From Chrysomallon squamiferum (lineage: Eukaryota; Animalia; Mollusca), in the NCBI GenBank assembly GCA_012295275.1, contig CM022672.1:7998001-8062000 (forward strand): a DNA stretch of 64,000 nucleotides. The letters are read 5' to 3'. The notes beneath the pieces are model-generated. The model worked only from the letters and a program-made list of their open reading frames with translations, made no database searches and had not been told where the DNA came from. The number at the start of each line of letters is the position of its first letter. The stretch's first letter is position 1. Below, piece by piece: positions 28,035 to 63,515 of this stretch. Position numbers and translations under genes: made by a program.

Positions 28035-28906
28035 TTTGTTTGTTTGTTTGTTTGTTTGTTTGTTTGTTTGTTTATTTGTTTACTGTTTGGTATTTGTAAA
28101 CTATACCTGCAGACAACACTGACTGGGAAGTTGCAGATTCCGGTCACGGCATCGTAGTAGAGAGGCGAGCAGTCGAAAACAAAGGCATTTTCACTCATGC
28201 AGAAATAGAATCTGGTGCAGGATGAGCAGTCTGGATAATAGGCATCGGATTTCCCCGTACAATCACTAACACATCCTAGCTGATCTGAAAAAAAATCACA
28301 ACAACAAACAAACTATTATATAGAATTACTAATATAATCAACTGGAACACACAAGCACGCATGCCCATGTACATATGTACATACTCATTCACTCACTCAA
28401 TCAACGTTGAGCTTTCAAACACTAACTGGGTCCTAACAAAATCACTAAAATTATCAGACGTCATGAAGCACAGAGTGGAACATATCTACTAACATGCTGA
28501 AGCCGGAGTTGGACTTGTCGCTGAGGTGGCGCTGGTTGTTGGCGATGTAGTCGGTGACGTTGCACTCGTCTGTGAAGGTGTAGGAGAGGTTCGACTAGTT
28601 TGTGATTGTTGACTGAAAGCCGACGTAGGACTAGTTGTAGCCGATGTTGCGCTGGCTGCAGATGTCACTGATGTAACACTCGTTAAAGATGTTGGACTTG
28701 TAGCTGAAGTCGTCGTTGTTCTTCATTAAAAAGAAAAACCATATATATTAGTAGAACATTATTTAATAGTCCTGTTTGTTTTTTTCTATGGAGGGTCATT
28801 ACATTTTATGAATAATGAAAAACATGAATAACTGTTCAAAACGACGAGTCTGAAATTGGAAAACACCTGTATCTGCCTCATACGCATGCACGCGCGCGCG
28901 CGCACA

Positions 28907-28947
<41 letters not shown>

Positions 28948-30105
28948 ATACACAACACACAAAGTCGCGCTGTAACACGATATATGCGTGTTTGTGTGTT
29001 TAATAAATAATATAACGGCAAGTGTGTATGTACTTGTATTGATAATTCGTAAAGTGATCGATTCAATTATTTAACTTTTAAAATTAAGATGAAGAAGGAA
29101 ATATACGAGAAATACATTACCTGCAAATGACATTGGACTGAAAGTCGCAGAGTTTTGACGGGGCATTGTACAGCAAAGGCGGTGGACAGGCGATGGATAT
29201 AGCACGACCGAAACTACAAATAAAGTATTTTCTGCAGTCGGTGCAGTCGGGATACGATCCGTCGACACTCCCCACACAGTCAGTGACGCAAACCAGATGA
29301 GCTGTAAAATACATTTTAATATTGTAGGATTTCATTTAATTACACAATTGTTAAATTAACTTTTATACCTGTATTCTTTCTGATTACGTGTGTTTCTGAA
29401 GATTAGACCACTTTGACTTTTATTTATTTTGTTTTCATTTATTTTATTTGTTGTTGTTACTACTACTACTCCTAGTGTTATTTATTTCTTTGTTGTTGTT
29501 ACTACTACTACTACTATTACTACTACTACTGTAAGTGTTATTATTTATTTATTTATTTACTCATTCATTCATTCAGCCAGACAGTTACTAATTCATTCAA
29601 TCATTCACCCATTCATTCATTTTTGATAGCTATTTACAGAGCTGTTCTCCCCATGCGTCAGACTGCATCAAAACGTCGGCTGCGACAACATCTAAACACT
29701 AGACTACTGTTCTGATATTCTAAAACGTATAGGATCGTTCGATCGTACAGAAAATATTGCGAGAAGATAAAATAAAATATAATTATTTAGATATAGTCCA
29801 ACAGCAAAAACAGATGATTATATTAACCTGGTATCTCTGTCGTTGGACTAGTCACGGATGTGAGACTGGTCGTTGGTGACGTCGTTGGCGATGTCGCACT
29901 TGTTAGTGACGGTGTTTGCGACGTTCGACTGGTTTGAGACTGCTGACTAAAGGCTGATGTTGGACTTGTTGTTGGCGACGTTGCACTGGTTGCTGACGTT
30001 GCCGATGTAATGCTTGTTCTCGACGTAGGGCTTGTAGCTGATGTGGTTGTCGCTGTCGTAGTTCTGAAAATATTAAGTATTTTAAAGTACATTTCTTAGA
30101 GTGAA

Positions 30106-30167
<62 letters not shown>

Positions 30168-31358
30168 TAATAATAATACACTTTATTAGTTGGTAGGAGA
30201 GCAGAAACTAATATGTGAATAAACATCATCATATCTGATGTATTCAACAGAAACGGACTATATCTGTGACTAGATGCCGCTTCATGTCTTCCTATAGGTT
30301 TATATACAAGGCCATGGTTTAGGCTTAATTTCAGCTCTATGCAAGGATGTTGCTTTTCGATAAAAGCCCAGCTGGGACCGGGTTTCCATTTATATCACAA
30401 TCACACCCCCACCCCCACACACGCGCGCGCACACGCACACTCACAAAGAGGCACACTCACAAACAGACGCACGCGCACGCATAAAAATGACAACAATTAA
30501 ATGTCCGTCTAAAGGTCATTTTTAACTAATAATAATTAAGTTTGTCCTAAAATCACAGCCTTTTACAAGAATATTGTGTTTATATGCTACAAATAAGAGA
30601 TACACGGAAGACTGGAGCATGGCTTCATGCCCTAGCGAGTTTGGGGTCATTATCATTAGAAATCCAATTTGCTGTATCATGTAAAGATTGTGAGATTTGT
30701 TTTAAAATCAGATATATATATATATAAAATAAAAATAAAATTAAAAAATAATTAAAAAATAAAAAATGTATTAAAACTGCAATGTACCTGCAAACAACGT
30801 TGAAGCTGAAGTCGCAATTCTGTGTCGCTGCATTGTAAAATAGCGAAGCAGGACACGAACTCAGAGTTATCTGCCCGTGGCTACATACGATGTACTTGGT
30901 GCAGTCTCCGCAGTCTGGGTACGATCCATCAGTCTTTCCAAGACAGCTTGTAACACACGTCAGATAAGCTAATAAACAGAACTGAAGTAAATTAATGAAA
31001 TATATATACTGTATAATTCGCACGCATGCAATATTTCTGTATGTAGAACATCCTTATTAAATGTAATATATAATTACTACTGCTATAACAAACACGAGAA
31101 CTGCTACTACTGCTGCTACCATTACTATTACTTCAATAACAACAACAAACTACTACAACAACAACTACAACTACTACTATTACTATAACCGTTGCTGCTG
31201 CTATTACAACTGCCACTAGTGTTATTGCAGTTACACTGCTTCTGCTTACTACTGTCACTGCCACTACCTTCTCTGTTTCTTATATTTCCTTCATCGACAA
31301 CTACAACTATTCCAGCTTCAGATTATCTTATTTCTACTACTGATAACCCTACTGCTGT

Positions 31359-31394
<36 letters not shown>

Positions 31395-32850
31395 CAGTGC
31401 TGCTGCTGCTGTTCCTGCCGCTACTGCCTCTCTCGTAGCACTATGCAGTATTACTACTGGCTATTACTACTATTTACTATTACAACTACTACAGTTATTT
31501 CAATTATTTTTACTACTACAGCATTTACATCTAACTTATTAACAAACTATAACTACCACTTAAACTAGCAAATTGAATGTTTATTTTAAGAGTTAACGCG
31601 GTAACAGACTGAAATAACGTACGATTGGACGGACTGGTTGCAGATGTGGGACTAGTCGTTATGCTCGTCGTAGTCGGTGACGTTACACTAGTCTGAGACA
31701 CAAGGCTTGAGGGTGACGTCGGGTTCGTTGTCGCAGACGTAGGACTGGTAGCCGACGTAGCACTTGTTGGACTTGTTGGGCTTGTTGCAGCCGTTGTCCT
31801 GAACGACGAGAAAAAGACTCTATGTTTGTTCTTTCATAAAACAAAACTGTACAAATTCTGAAACTTTCATAAAACAAAACTGTACAAATTCTGAAACTTT
31901 CATAAAACAAAACTGTACAAATTCCAAAACTTTCATAAAACAAAACTGTACAAATTCCAAAACTTTCATAAAACAAAATTGTACAAATTCTAAAACTGTA
32001 AGGAAGTATGAAGATGGAGTAAAATGATTATAAACGATGATGTTTTATAAAGTTTTCAATGTTATTACAATATTATGTGCATTCGCTGATTCAGTAATAT
32101 TTATGCAAGCATCGATTAAGTGAAAATTACTAACATATACGTATTACGCTATACGTACACACAGGTGACTAAGAAACTGAAATTGCAAATGCCGATATTT
32201 GCTTGATACGACAGTGACCCCGGACACGACAGCGATATCGTTACTCCATTGCTACAAACGAAATATCTGGAGCAGCTTGAGCAGTCTGGATATTGCCCAT
32301 TGCTTTGTCCAGTGCAGGAGTCCAGACAAAAGTTAAACACTGAAAGAAAATGTGATAAATACTCGATATACACCAACTATTTTGTAAAGATAATCACAAT
32401 ATAGAGTGCATAGAAATTAATACAATATTTGTTTGTTTGATTGGGGTTTTTGTTTTTTTTTTTTTAGATTTAGCTTGAAACAAGTGGCATAGCAAATAAA
32501 AAGTCTTTATAATTAATAATTATTATAACATGGACAAAACCAACAGAGTTATAACAATAGTAATCTTTTTCTGTATTTGCTTTGCCTAATATTGCATTAA
32601 GTATATAAATAAAAAGTCTAAATCAAAATCAGTTATTGACTAAATAAACTTTCAGATCAGACAGTCTAGTGTCTGACTGATTAATTACTATGCTGCTAAA
32701 ATAATAAATTAATTATTAAAATGATAAAAAGTTAAAAGTAGTTATGTACGTGTACTTACCCTGCGCTCTTGCAAAATGAGGTAATATTAAGTAGAAAAAT
32801 GTTAACAAGACAGTCAGTTTAAACTGAACATTTTGTGTTCTGGAATTCAT
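14884..32850 (-). CDS. Secreted chitin-binding mucin: signal peptide + 7 peritrophin-A (CBM14) domains with T/S linkers + giant (T-S-X)n tail
   Basis: Exons: 32850-32760 (ATG; MNSRTQNVQFKLTVLLTFFYLILPHFARAQ signal peptide). CBM14 exons 32339-32159, 30968-30788, 29301-29121, 28284-28107, 27043-26863, 25551-25371, 24640-24457. Linker exons 31798-31623, 30063-29828, 28720-28494, 27867-27650, 26382-26174, 25147-24972. Terminal repeat exon ~24145-14884 ends TSATAAQI-TAA. All resolved junctions are GT-AG with alternating phase 1/2. The acceptor of the last exon is not resolved. A probable 5'UTR exon has its donor at 33289. Confidence 0.88.
14900..24145 (-). repeat. Coding tandem array: ~34 x 270-bp units, each 30 nonamers encoding Thr-Ser-Ala/Gln/Pro
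   Basis: Unit 14902-15171 read on the minus strand gives 16 TSA + 10 TSQ + 4 TSP with no stops. Units are near-identical except for short corrupted patches (~16620, ~16885-16960, ~18730-18920, ~23860-24145). Confidence 0.95.
31832..31998. repeat. 33-bp minisatellite (~5 copies) in the intron just upstream of mucin linker exon 1
   Basis: Unit TTTCATAAAACAAAACTGTACAAATTCTGAAAC. Confidence 0.85.
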
Positions 32851-32979
32851 CTCTGCAAAAGAAATAAAAATAAAATAGTCATTAAAACAGTTATCTATCG
32901 CAAAGATTATTCCTCAGTCCAAAATTGAACTTTCTTTTAATTCACTGAGCAGCAATGCAGAAATAAGGCATATAAAAAA

Positions 32980-33052
<73 letters not shown>

Positions 33053-35220
33053 TTAGTCAGAAGAAGAAGAAGAAGAAGAAGATGATGATGATGACGATGC
33101 TGATTATGATGATAAAGGTGAAGAAAATAATGAAATTAGAACAACAATAACAGTAAATATGAATTTAGTTAAAATGATTCTAATGATGACCATAGTGATG
33201 ATTCTGATACTAATAATGGTAACTATTATGATGTTGATTAAATAGTGCCGTGAATTACTAAAAATACTTAAGATATGATTAAATCTTACCAGAAAACTGA
33301 TTTCAGATTGTTTTTTTTTTAATCAGAATGACAATTCACAAAAGTTTAAAATGTTTTAAAATGTTCTCCAGTCTTTTTCATCTTGAAGAAGGAAATACAG
33401 GATGTAACGGTCTTGTAATGAGAAGTATTAAGGAACTGAAAATAAAATTTAAAACAAAATTTTATTCTGATAATTAGAAACTGTGTTTTTATTTGTACGA
33501 ACAAACAGCCTGGATACATTTTGCATACTTCCCAGCTATTGTTTTATTTGTATTTAAACAGTCTTTACTAACAATAAATTATAACATATCCATGAACGTA
33601 CATGCATTTTTACTGTATTCTGACATCTTTTCAGTAAAATGAAACAGTGAAGTCACATGATCCATACGTGAAATTTGAATAAATATTATTTTATTATCAT
33701 ATGTTGTCATAAGAAAAGTCTGGTCATAACAACTGTTAATGTTACTTAAGTATGTAAGTATCTTGTTTATAGCACCAATAATCTTTAATTTTGCGTGTAA
33801 GTCTATATGTGTACGTATTTCGGTGTGCGTGAAGTTCGTAGATTTTGTTGTTATTGATGTCGTTGTTCTAAATAACATACAATTTCCTAAACTATAGTCG
33901 CTTTCCTAAGATGGACACAAAAAAAAAAAATGCTCGAGTGCAATTACACACTGCTCCAGGCCAAAGAACGCACTTTTAATTATTTCTGTTATTCTTACTA
34001 GCTTTTGATTTTTATCACCTGCATAACGTGTTTGAACAAAGCCAGTCTGGAGGCAGAGATACACGTATTTTATTGTTATTTCCTATTCGTTGTGTCTCGC
34101 GTGTTTGAACTCGAGCAGTTTTCCTTTTGGAAAAGTGTTCATCCATTAGCGAGTAATAAGTGTGTTACATAATGTAGAAAATATGTCCCGTGATAAGCTC
34201 TGTTTGTTGCCGTGGTCTACGATAGTCTACTCGTTACAAGATAACACGACATTTTCAAGTACTAATTGGTCATTATTTAAAAGTATCTGAAAGTTTCGAT
34301 AAGCAATATGCTATCTTTATATATTCCTAATTGTTTTCTCTGTTTGTATTAATATTAATTTAGTACATGGAGAGAAATGGACAAAGTATTTATTTAAATT
34401 TGTTAAATTTATAGTATTTTCCATTCTCGAACACCAAATTTTTCCGTTATAGGAAGGTAAAAAAAATAAAAAGATAAAAAAAAAAAAGAAGAAGAAAAAG
34501 AAAGTTAAGAGTTAGTATTTAGTTAAATGGTCGGTTAATGTTTTAAATGCCCAAGTTAATATATACTTTGGATTAATACTGTTTATTTTCTTACTATATT
34601 AAAAACTATACTGACTACGAAACTATTTTACTTGTTGTAATTCAATCTTGTAATTTAATAATTCCATGCTGAAAAACTGGGAAAACGAAAATTGGTTGCA
34701 GGTGTAAAAGTCTGACACCTTTGAGAAAATATTTCCATTGTAATAGGACAGGATTATTACTCGACGGTGCGGGAGCTATTTTTTACACCATTCCAACCGA
34801 GAAAGCCATTCTATTGATTTATCATATATGACACACGCAGACACACACACACACACACTGATACATATATTCATACATGCATATATATACATACGTACAC
34901 ACTTCCTTGATGTTAAACGTTAACAGCAAGTATTATTCTTTATAACGGTAGAATAAAGACGTGTTCAGTTTTATCGCTAAATAAAAACATTTCTTACTTT
35001 CTCCTGTAATAAGAAATGATTCTTTGATGAGACACTAATAACTGTCTTGAGTACTGAAAAAAGATAAAATAATCATCAGCGGCCTTTCCATTTACGTTAA
35101 TACTCAGAATTTAAATTTTTCTAAAGTAATATCTAGCAAATGTCATTTCATAATATAACTGTGAAAACGGTTTAGGTAAATCAATGTAAAAATAATTTCT
35201 ATATATCTGTATATAAATAT

Positions 35221-35261
<41 letters not shown>

Positions 35262-36028
35262 TGTGTGTGTTTAGTATATGCGATATCTTATTTTTATGTT
35301 TTTAATTTTATATAGCAATTCACGTGAAAGAATCTGTAAATAAAATTTGCTCAGTTTGGATCAAGATATATTTATTATAAATATTGTCAAATTCTGGCCT
35401 CTTTATTGCTTACTGTTTTAATTATTTCCCCAGTTGGCTAATGTTATTATTTGAATGCTTATTTCTTTAAATATTTATTCATTCATTCATTCATTCGACC
35501 GTTCGTTCGTTTGTTCATTCATTTGTTCATTTAACCATTTGTTCCATCATTTGTACACATCATTTGTACACTCGTTCATTCACCTAATCATTTGGACTTA
35601 CGGCTTTGTGGTGTGTGCACTTGTGTTGTCAAATTCGGGTATGTTCTGTTCAATCTGGAAAGAAGAATTGTATTAAATTAAACTTAAATGCCTAAACAAG
35701 GAAACCGTGTGTTTACACTTTAGACAGACTGAAAAGAACAATACATATGTAATATAAAAACACACACACACACACACAAAAAAAAAAAATATATATATAT
35801 AATGAATATAATTAAAGACAGAATTATTAGTATCATTACATATGAACTGATTTCTTTTCGTTTAATTCTAAAAGAGCAGAAGAGTTACGTAATTTCCTAA
35901 CTTGTCCTGTGTTACTGAAAATATTTATTAGGTGAAATTACCTATTTTTATACTTTTATTCAATATTATAATTAGCAGTGAAATGTATATTCAAAAATAA
36001 ATTTTTTTTTATACATTGCAATTCATCA

Positions 36029-36070
<42 letters not shown>

Positions 36071-37039
36071 AAATTAAAATGCTTAAAAGATTATCATTAA
36101 AATACTGTTTATAGCATGTTTATTTCTCAATTCAAAACTAAGTCTTTCTGTCGTTTGATCAATGATGTAAACTTAATATTTAAAAAAATAATAACAACAG
36201 CAGCAGCAACAAAAATAACATCAGTGTCGGTATCGATGATGTTTCACAGAAAAGCTGTCGTACAAATTTTCCAAATACATTTTAGCTGTCAGTCTGCCTG
36301 CCATCCCACCAAAAATAAATAAATAAAAATATAACAATAATAATAATAATAATAATAGTAATAATAACAAGAACAAGACTAAGAACAACAAGAACGGCAA
36401 TAACAACAACATTAACAACAACAACAACAACAACAATAATAATAATAGAAACACCTAATATGTTCTATGCAGCATTTTGAGAAAACTATAAAATTATCTT
36501 ATGGAAAGGGGTTCTATTGTACTTACACACTGCATGCAGCTTATCCCTTTGTTCTGATCATTATGATTTCCGTACAGTGTCGTCTTGTGTCCTCTTTATC
36601 GTGTCGATCCTCTAGCCCTCGGACATTGCCCCTGGACTCTTTCAAAACTGGTCACTTTTAAATACGCAAGGTATTACAATATCCACAGAGCGTGTTTTGT
36701 AAACTAACGTAAATGAAATATATTTTTAAAAAAATCTAAACTTTTGTCGTGTTGTCAGTGTTCATCTTGGATGCCTGCTATTTTAATGTTATTTAAATGA
36801 CAGAGCTGACCAGTTACATTTTTAATGTTAAATTATTTATTTGTGCACTCAGAAGAAACGTTTTTATTTCAACACTTTCTTAAGCTTCTTAATATGATAT
36901 GAATGTGTATATATACATGCGTATTATATATTTATATATTTATGTGGGTATGTGTGTATATGTATGTGTGTGTATGTATGGGTGTATGTGTATATCTATA
37001 CGTATGCATGTGTGTGTATGTATGTTTAACCTACGTAGT

Positions 37040-37243
37040 TTAGGATTTTGAATATTCTCTGTCTTATGTACATCAGAACAGACTCTGCACTGAGACAATA
37101 ATCGGGAACGCTCTGGCGCAGGATGACAAAGCACAATCACGACCTCACAAACCCATCAGATGCCGCTGACGAGACTTGAACGTGTGACACCAATCTCGCC
37201 CGCACTCCGAAGGCGGACGATGTTACCGTTCGGCCACCGAGAC
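37040..37243 (-). mobile_element. tRNA-derived SINE-like element (pol III A/B boxes)
   Basis: The minus strand reads GTCTCGGTGGCCGAACGGTAA...GTTCAAGTCTCGTCAGCGGCA: A-box TGGCCGAACGG and B-box GTTCAAGTC with atypical spacing and no clean cloverleaf. The 3' extent is uncertain. Confidence 0.55.
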
Positions 37244-37604
37244 AAACTTAAAAAAGTTGTTCAATAACCGAGGGTAGTCATTCTTTGTCTTTCATCATTT
37301 TTTGCCTGTCTACCTATGTATGTATGTATGTATGTATGTATGTATGTATATATGTATATATGTATGTATGTATGTAAGTATCTGTATGTATGTATGTGTG
37401 TGTATGTGTGTGTATATATATATATATGTATGTATGTGTGTGTGTGTATGTATGTAGGTCTGTACATATATATGAAATTTAGGGATTGATGGATGGAAGC
37501 TGGTGTTGCTCTGACATTTTTCACACTGTGTGTATGCCTATCAGTTTCTCTCATATTTATAGTTTTATTTCTGCTTTATATTTAATACATTTCCTTCCCA
37601 GCAA

Positions 37605-37656
<52 letters not shown>

Positions 37657-38182
37657 TCAACAACAATAACAATAATAATGATGATGATGATGATGATAAT
37701 GATAATCATCATCATGATCAGCAAAAAAAGAGACGCAGATATATATAGAACAATAAAGCAGAAAATACAAAAGACAGTTTTATATAAAAAAATAACTTTA
37801 TTTACGACATACATTATTTTATAAAATATAGTAAAATATCACAGACAGGTAGGAATCATTAACTAAAACAGATGAATCAGTGCTGCTGCAAACATCCTTT
37901 TTATCTCTTTTTTTATAGTCTGCATTTTTGTTTTTGCAACACGTATAAGAATATATCTTTATAACCACTGTCCAAAACGTTTCTGAAACAAATGCAACAA
38001 ACGCTGTATTAATCTTTAACAAGATAAACAAGATTAAATTAAAACTGAATAATTTTCGTATGCTTTCCCGTGTTTATCGTTTTTAAATGTCTTTCTTTCA
38101 CTAAAACTATTATTTATCAAGCTATTTTGTTGATGGTGGTGTTGGTTTGGACAGAACTCGGGATTCTGGAGGATCAGTGCTC

Positions 38183-38530
38183 TGTAATATAATTATACTA
38201 TTTGCTTGCACTGTAATATAATTTTACTATCTATTTGCTTGCACTGTAATATAATTTTACTATCTATTTGCTTGCACTGTAATATAATTTTACTATTTGC
38301 TTGCACTGTAATATAATTTTACTATCTATTTGCTTGCACTGTAATATAATTTTACTATCTATTTGCTTGCACTGTAATATAATTTTACTATTTGCTTGCA
38401 CTGTAATATAATTTTACTATCTATTTGCTTGCACTGTAATATAATTTTACTGTTTGTTTGCACTATAACATAATTTTAGTCTATTTGTTTCCTCTTTAAT
38501 ATAATTTTATTATTTGTTTGCACTGCAATA
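38183..38530. repeat. 29/33-bp minisatellite (~11 copies)
   Basis: Unit TGTAATATAATTTTACTA(TCTA)TTTGCTTGCAC, degenerating toward the right. Confidence 0.9.
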
Positions 38531-39727
38531 TAATCGTAATATTTGTTTACTTATTAATTATGCTCTTATATACTGCTGATGTCATAATGATCAGATTTGT
38601 ATTACAAGTAGTGACATCCACAGGTCTAAGAAAACAGAGAAATTTTGTTAATTTAGTTCCTTAGCCTGCACCGCACAAATGTCAAATAAAAATAATTTTT
38701 TATTTTTCTGTTAATGAAGACAAATTATTATTATTATTATTATTATCATTTTCCTACTGCTACTGCTGATATTGTTTTGCAACAACAATGATTCCCATAA
38801 AAGGCACATTATGATACACCAACGGAAACAAACATATATTACAATGTAGCTCAAACTATATTAATAGAGTAAAATTATGAGATAAAAAATTAATAACAAA
38901 CTATGAAAAAGATACTTTATATCCAATACATTAAGTTATGATAAAAAAATAAACAGTAAAAAAAACCTATTAAATATCTACCATGGCTTTTGCTGCTTAT
39001 TATCATCATCATTATTATTATTACTTTTATAAACTACACACATAAAATATTGAAACTACGATCTCAGTGTATGTATATATACACACACACCATTGTTATA
39101 TTTTACTAACAGATTTAACACTATTTTATTATTTAAATATATTTTTAAAAAATGATGAATTACTTTGGAACCATTAACATTTGTAACTAAAAAAAAAAAG
39201 TTTATATACATACATATATATATATATATATCTATATCACAAAAGCTGTAAATAGTTTAGCAAAAACACATGGCAAGAATACTGTTATAAATTACCTTAA
39301 ACAAATAACTATATGTATTTAATAATATCTGTATCATGTTGTTTTTTTTTTTTTTTTTTTTTTTTTTTTATCAAGTATTTTTAATACAAATTAACTCTAA
39401 TTTTTTCAGACGTAAATTATTAATAATAATTTATGTTCATCATATTATTGGATATTTACGTTACAAATAAATTTCACTATTTCCTACACGTTTCTTTCGC
39501 AATATTTCTGACCTTTCGTGCAGTATTTTAAGCATAGCTTGATAGCAAGCTGAACAGTCTTACTCTCAGATGTAAAGAAAGATTTCTCGTCACCTACAAC
39601 AAAAACTGTAGAATTTTCTAGACTTATTCAACGTCCACGTATACTTCGGTGTTATTTTTTTTTGTTTTCTCTTTGGGTTTTTTTCGTTGTTTTTATTTGT
39701 TTTTTTTTTTTTTTTTTAAAGTATATC

Positions 39728-48517
<8,790 letters not shown>

Positions 48518-48629
48518 TTTGTATTTTCTTTTCTCTTAAGTCAGTCTGTAAGTAAAATGGTGTTTAATTATAACGTCCATATTCGTTTCGCGAATGTTGT
48601 TGCTACAGCACAGTACACAAAACGGTCAC

Positions 48630-48870
48630 ACTAAGCATGCGCAGAAGCGACGGAAGACCAAGTACAAGTCGTGACATGCGTTTATCGCTCGCCTAAGACT
48701 TGTAGTTTTTTAATTGTTGAACGGGCACAGTTAATCGTTACAACATTACACACGTGTGGACACACCCTAGCAGCTTAGCGGCATTCCCTTCGCGTTAGTA
48801 AGCGGGGAACCGGGCAATGCGAGCCACCTGTGAAGCATTTAATTGAATGGTCTGTAACCATGGCAACGGA
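48630..48870. promoter_or_regulatory. Putative bidirectional promoter between SRCR-ZP and RPTP genes (RFX X-box, NRF1-like and ETS-like motifs)
   Basis: Locally CpG-rich segment between divergent ATGs (48517 and 49710). GTAACCATGGCAAC (48854-48867) fits the RFX X-box consensus. GCATGCGCA (~48635) and CGGAAG (~48650) lie nearby. Confidence 0.5.
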
Positions 48871-49709
48871 GAAACACAATTTTTAACAATAGCCAGTTGC
48901 AATACTTTGATAAATAAATAAAGCTGTTCTTTCTTTTTCAATATTCGTAGAAGGTTTTTTTTTTTTTTTTTTTTTATTGTGAAAGCTAATGTCTGTGGCT
49001 ATAATAATTAATGCTTAACGATTCCAATGTAATAATATTAAATATATAAAAAATATTATTTAGAAAACATAAAATAAAATAAAATAAAATAAACATTCAA
49101 TGACAAGATATAATATATAGATTGTAACTGGAGCATGTAGTTAACGTTTTAATACAGCAGGTATAAACGAAGGTTTACGTGCATTTTATCGATCAGAAGG
49201 AGACTGTTTGTTACACATGTAGAAAGTGAAACAGAGCATTTCGCTTTCAAGTCATGGATACGCTGATAACTGGAAATTATGCCACGGTCTTAAAAGTGTT
49301 CAATGTATGACCTGCCAACACGTGATCTCTCAGCTATTTATAACCACATTGTTATTTTGCCGCGTGACGCGATCGAAGGTAAAAATACATGAATAATAAC
49401 ATGTGTGCTCTGTTTACATATATGTAAGATATTATTTGAATGCCTGTCGATTCATGAATACCGCCAAAACTTCAAGTACTAGGTCACGAGCTCAAATCAA
49501 TCACTGGCTTTATCAATCACTGGCTGATAGTTAGCTGAGACTATTCATATCCAGTCAGGCGTTTCTTCGCCATGGTGTTGACAACGTGCATGCATGAAGG
49601 AGGGCTGTGCCAAAGACGTCTGGGTTTCTTACAGACAACGTACACTGACCGGCACTGCAGACACTAGATAAGGATATATTTCGGACTGATCAACACACAA
49701 GTCACAAAT

Positions 49710-61892
<12,183 letters not shown>

Positions 61893-63199
61893 TGTTATAA
61901 ATTAAACACAGAGTGATTGTTTTTATTTGTTTTTTTTTAAACGACAGATTTACTTAAAATATCACACCAGCAGCCTCGGACTAATGAAGCTTCTTGTTAA
62001 CGGAAACCGAGGATAAAGTTTTTATTTTTGTTTTGTTTTATCCGCTGGTAGGTGACTGAAATAATTTACTAATTTTCACTTGTGACCTGTATTTGTGAAG
62101 AAGCGATTTGAAATCTTCATTCTGTGATAATGTAGACTAACCATTTTAGCTATAATTTTAGTATTCGTTGAATTATTCTCCAAAGATATTATTATGATTT
62201 TAATTGTATCACTCAGTGATTAATAATGTACAGAATATTTACCAGTTTATACTGTGAGCAGTATTTGTAAAGAAGCAGCCATTTTAGAATTTAGCATTTA
62301 TTAACTGTATTTCGATTTTCTATTTTATTTATTGTCACTAATAACAACATTAATTAATAAGGTTTGTTGTTGTTGAATGGCATGCAGAGGTCTGGAGATG
62401 CCTGGGGGTAACTCCTGGACTGAATGCCCCAAAGACTCGAGTATGAGGCCTGGTATTGAGAAATATTATGAGAAAGAAAGATATTTTGAATATAAACACA
62501 GATGAAACATAAAATAAACCATTTATTCGATTTAAATATAAATCAACCACATTTATTAAGTTCTTTTCTCTTATTGGATGCCCCCCCCCCATTTGGAAGC
62601 CAGAGCCACCGCCCCTTTATATTTATATAAACTCTGTTTTGTCTTCCTTTTATTTATTAACAAGAATTTTGCTCTTAATGTATGTTTTTATTGTTAATTG
62701 TCAAATAAATAAATAAATAAATATAATTCTGTGATATTTTGCTACAAATAAAATGCTAAATTTAGTTTGAAATTTTTTTTATGATCATGTTATTTTAGTT
62801 CTAGCCATTTTATTATATAATATCTGACTTGCAAAATCTTTTATAAAAATTTTCAAGTGCAAATATACTATTTTAAAAAATGTTATAGTTTTTTATGATC
62901 ATGTAGTTTCCCTCTATTAATTCATTTTTTGTAGAAAACGTAACTGACGAAAGGGTTTAATAATTTTTGTTTCTACATCTGAATACCATACCAGTCAAAC
63001 ATTTGGTAGATCTAAAATAAATACAATAATAATCAATAATAATAATAATAATAATAATGAATATTCGATATTAGTATGTATTTTAAATCTAGTATTTTGA
63101 ATAAGATGACTATTTGACTTTACTGGAAAAACGTGGGTTTTTCTGATAAATTCAATCACAAATTTTTATTGATTTATTAATTAAATATATTAGTGTAAT

Positions 63200-63515
63200 T
63201 GTCATTTTGAAATAATCCCAATAGAACAAACGCTCATTCTCAAGTCCAAAACTGAAACTGACCTTTTTAGACTTGAACGAGAAGCGTTTTGGATTCGCAC
63301 GTTACAAACCATAAAACCATTAAAATAAATGTTGACTCGGGCAAATGTAAAAAGAGAGATAACATAATTTTCCCAATAATTTACAACCGCCGCAACGTTG
63401 ACATTGGTAAAATTATGAAGGAGCAATATTTTAACTTACAGACTACTATGAACAATCCACTAACAGCACGTCCCGTCATAGCTTACAGAAAAAAAAACAA
63501 GTCTAAATGACATTT
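63200..63515 (+). mobile_element. Penelope-like retroelement relic (GIY-YIG endonuclease C-terminal fragment)
   Basis: The plus strand reads HFEIIPIEQ...FRLEREAFWIRTLQTIKPLK(*)N, resembling the PLE GIY-YIG C-terminus RxxRExxWIxxLxTxxPxGLN. It is followed by FPIIYN...RPVIAYRKKNK, which resembles PLE pre-endonuclease segments. Stops and frameshifts are present. Confidence 0.6.

Noticed and set aside
37160-37243. Functional tRNA gene
   Set aside because: A and B boxes are present, but the acceptor stem and cloverleaf cannot be formed cleanly. A SINE head is the better explanation.
62390-62620. DNA transposon remnant with GC-rich ends
   Set aside because: No matching TIRs or TSD could be identified.
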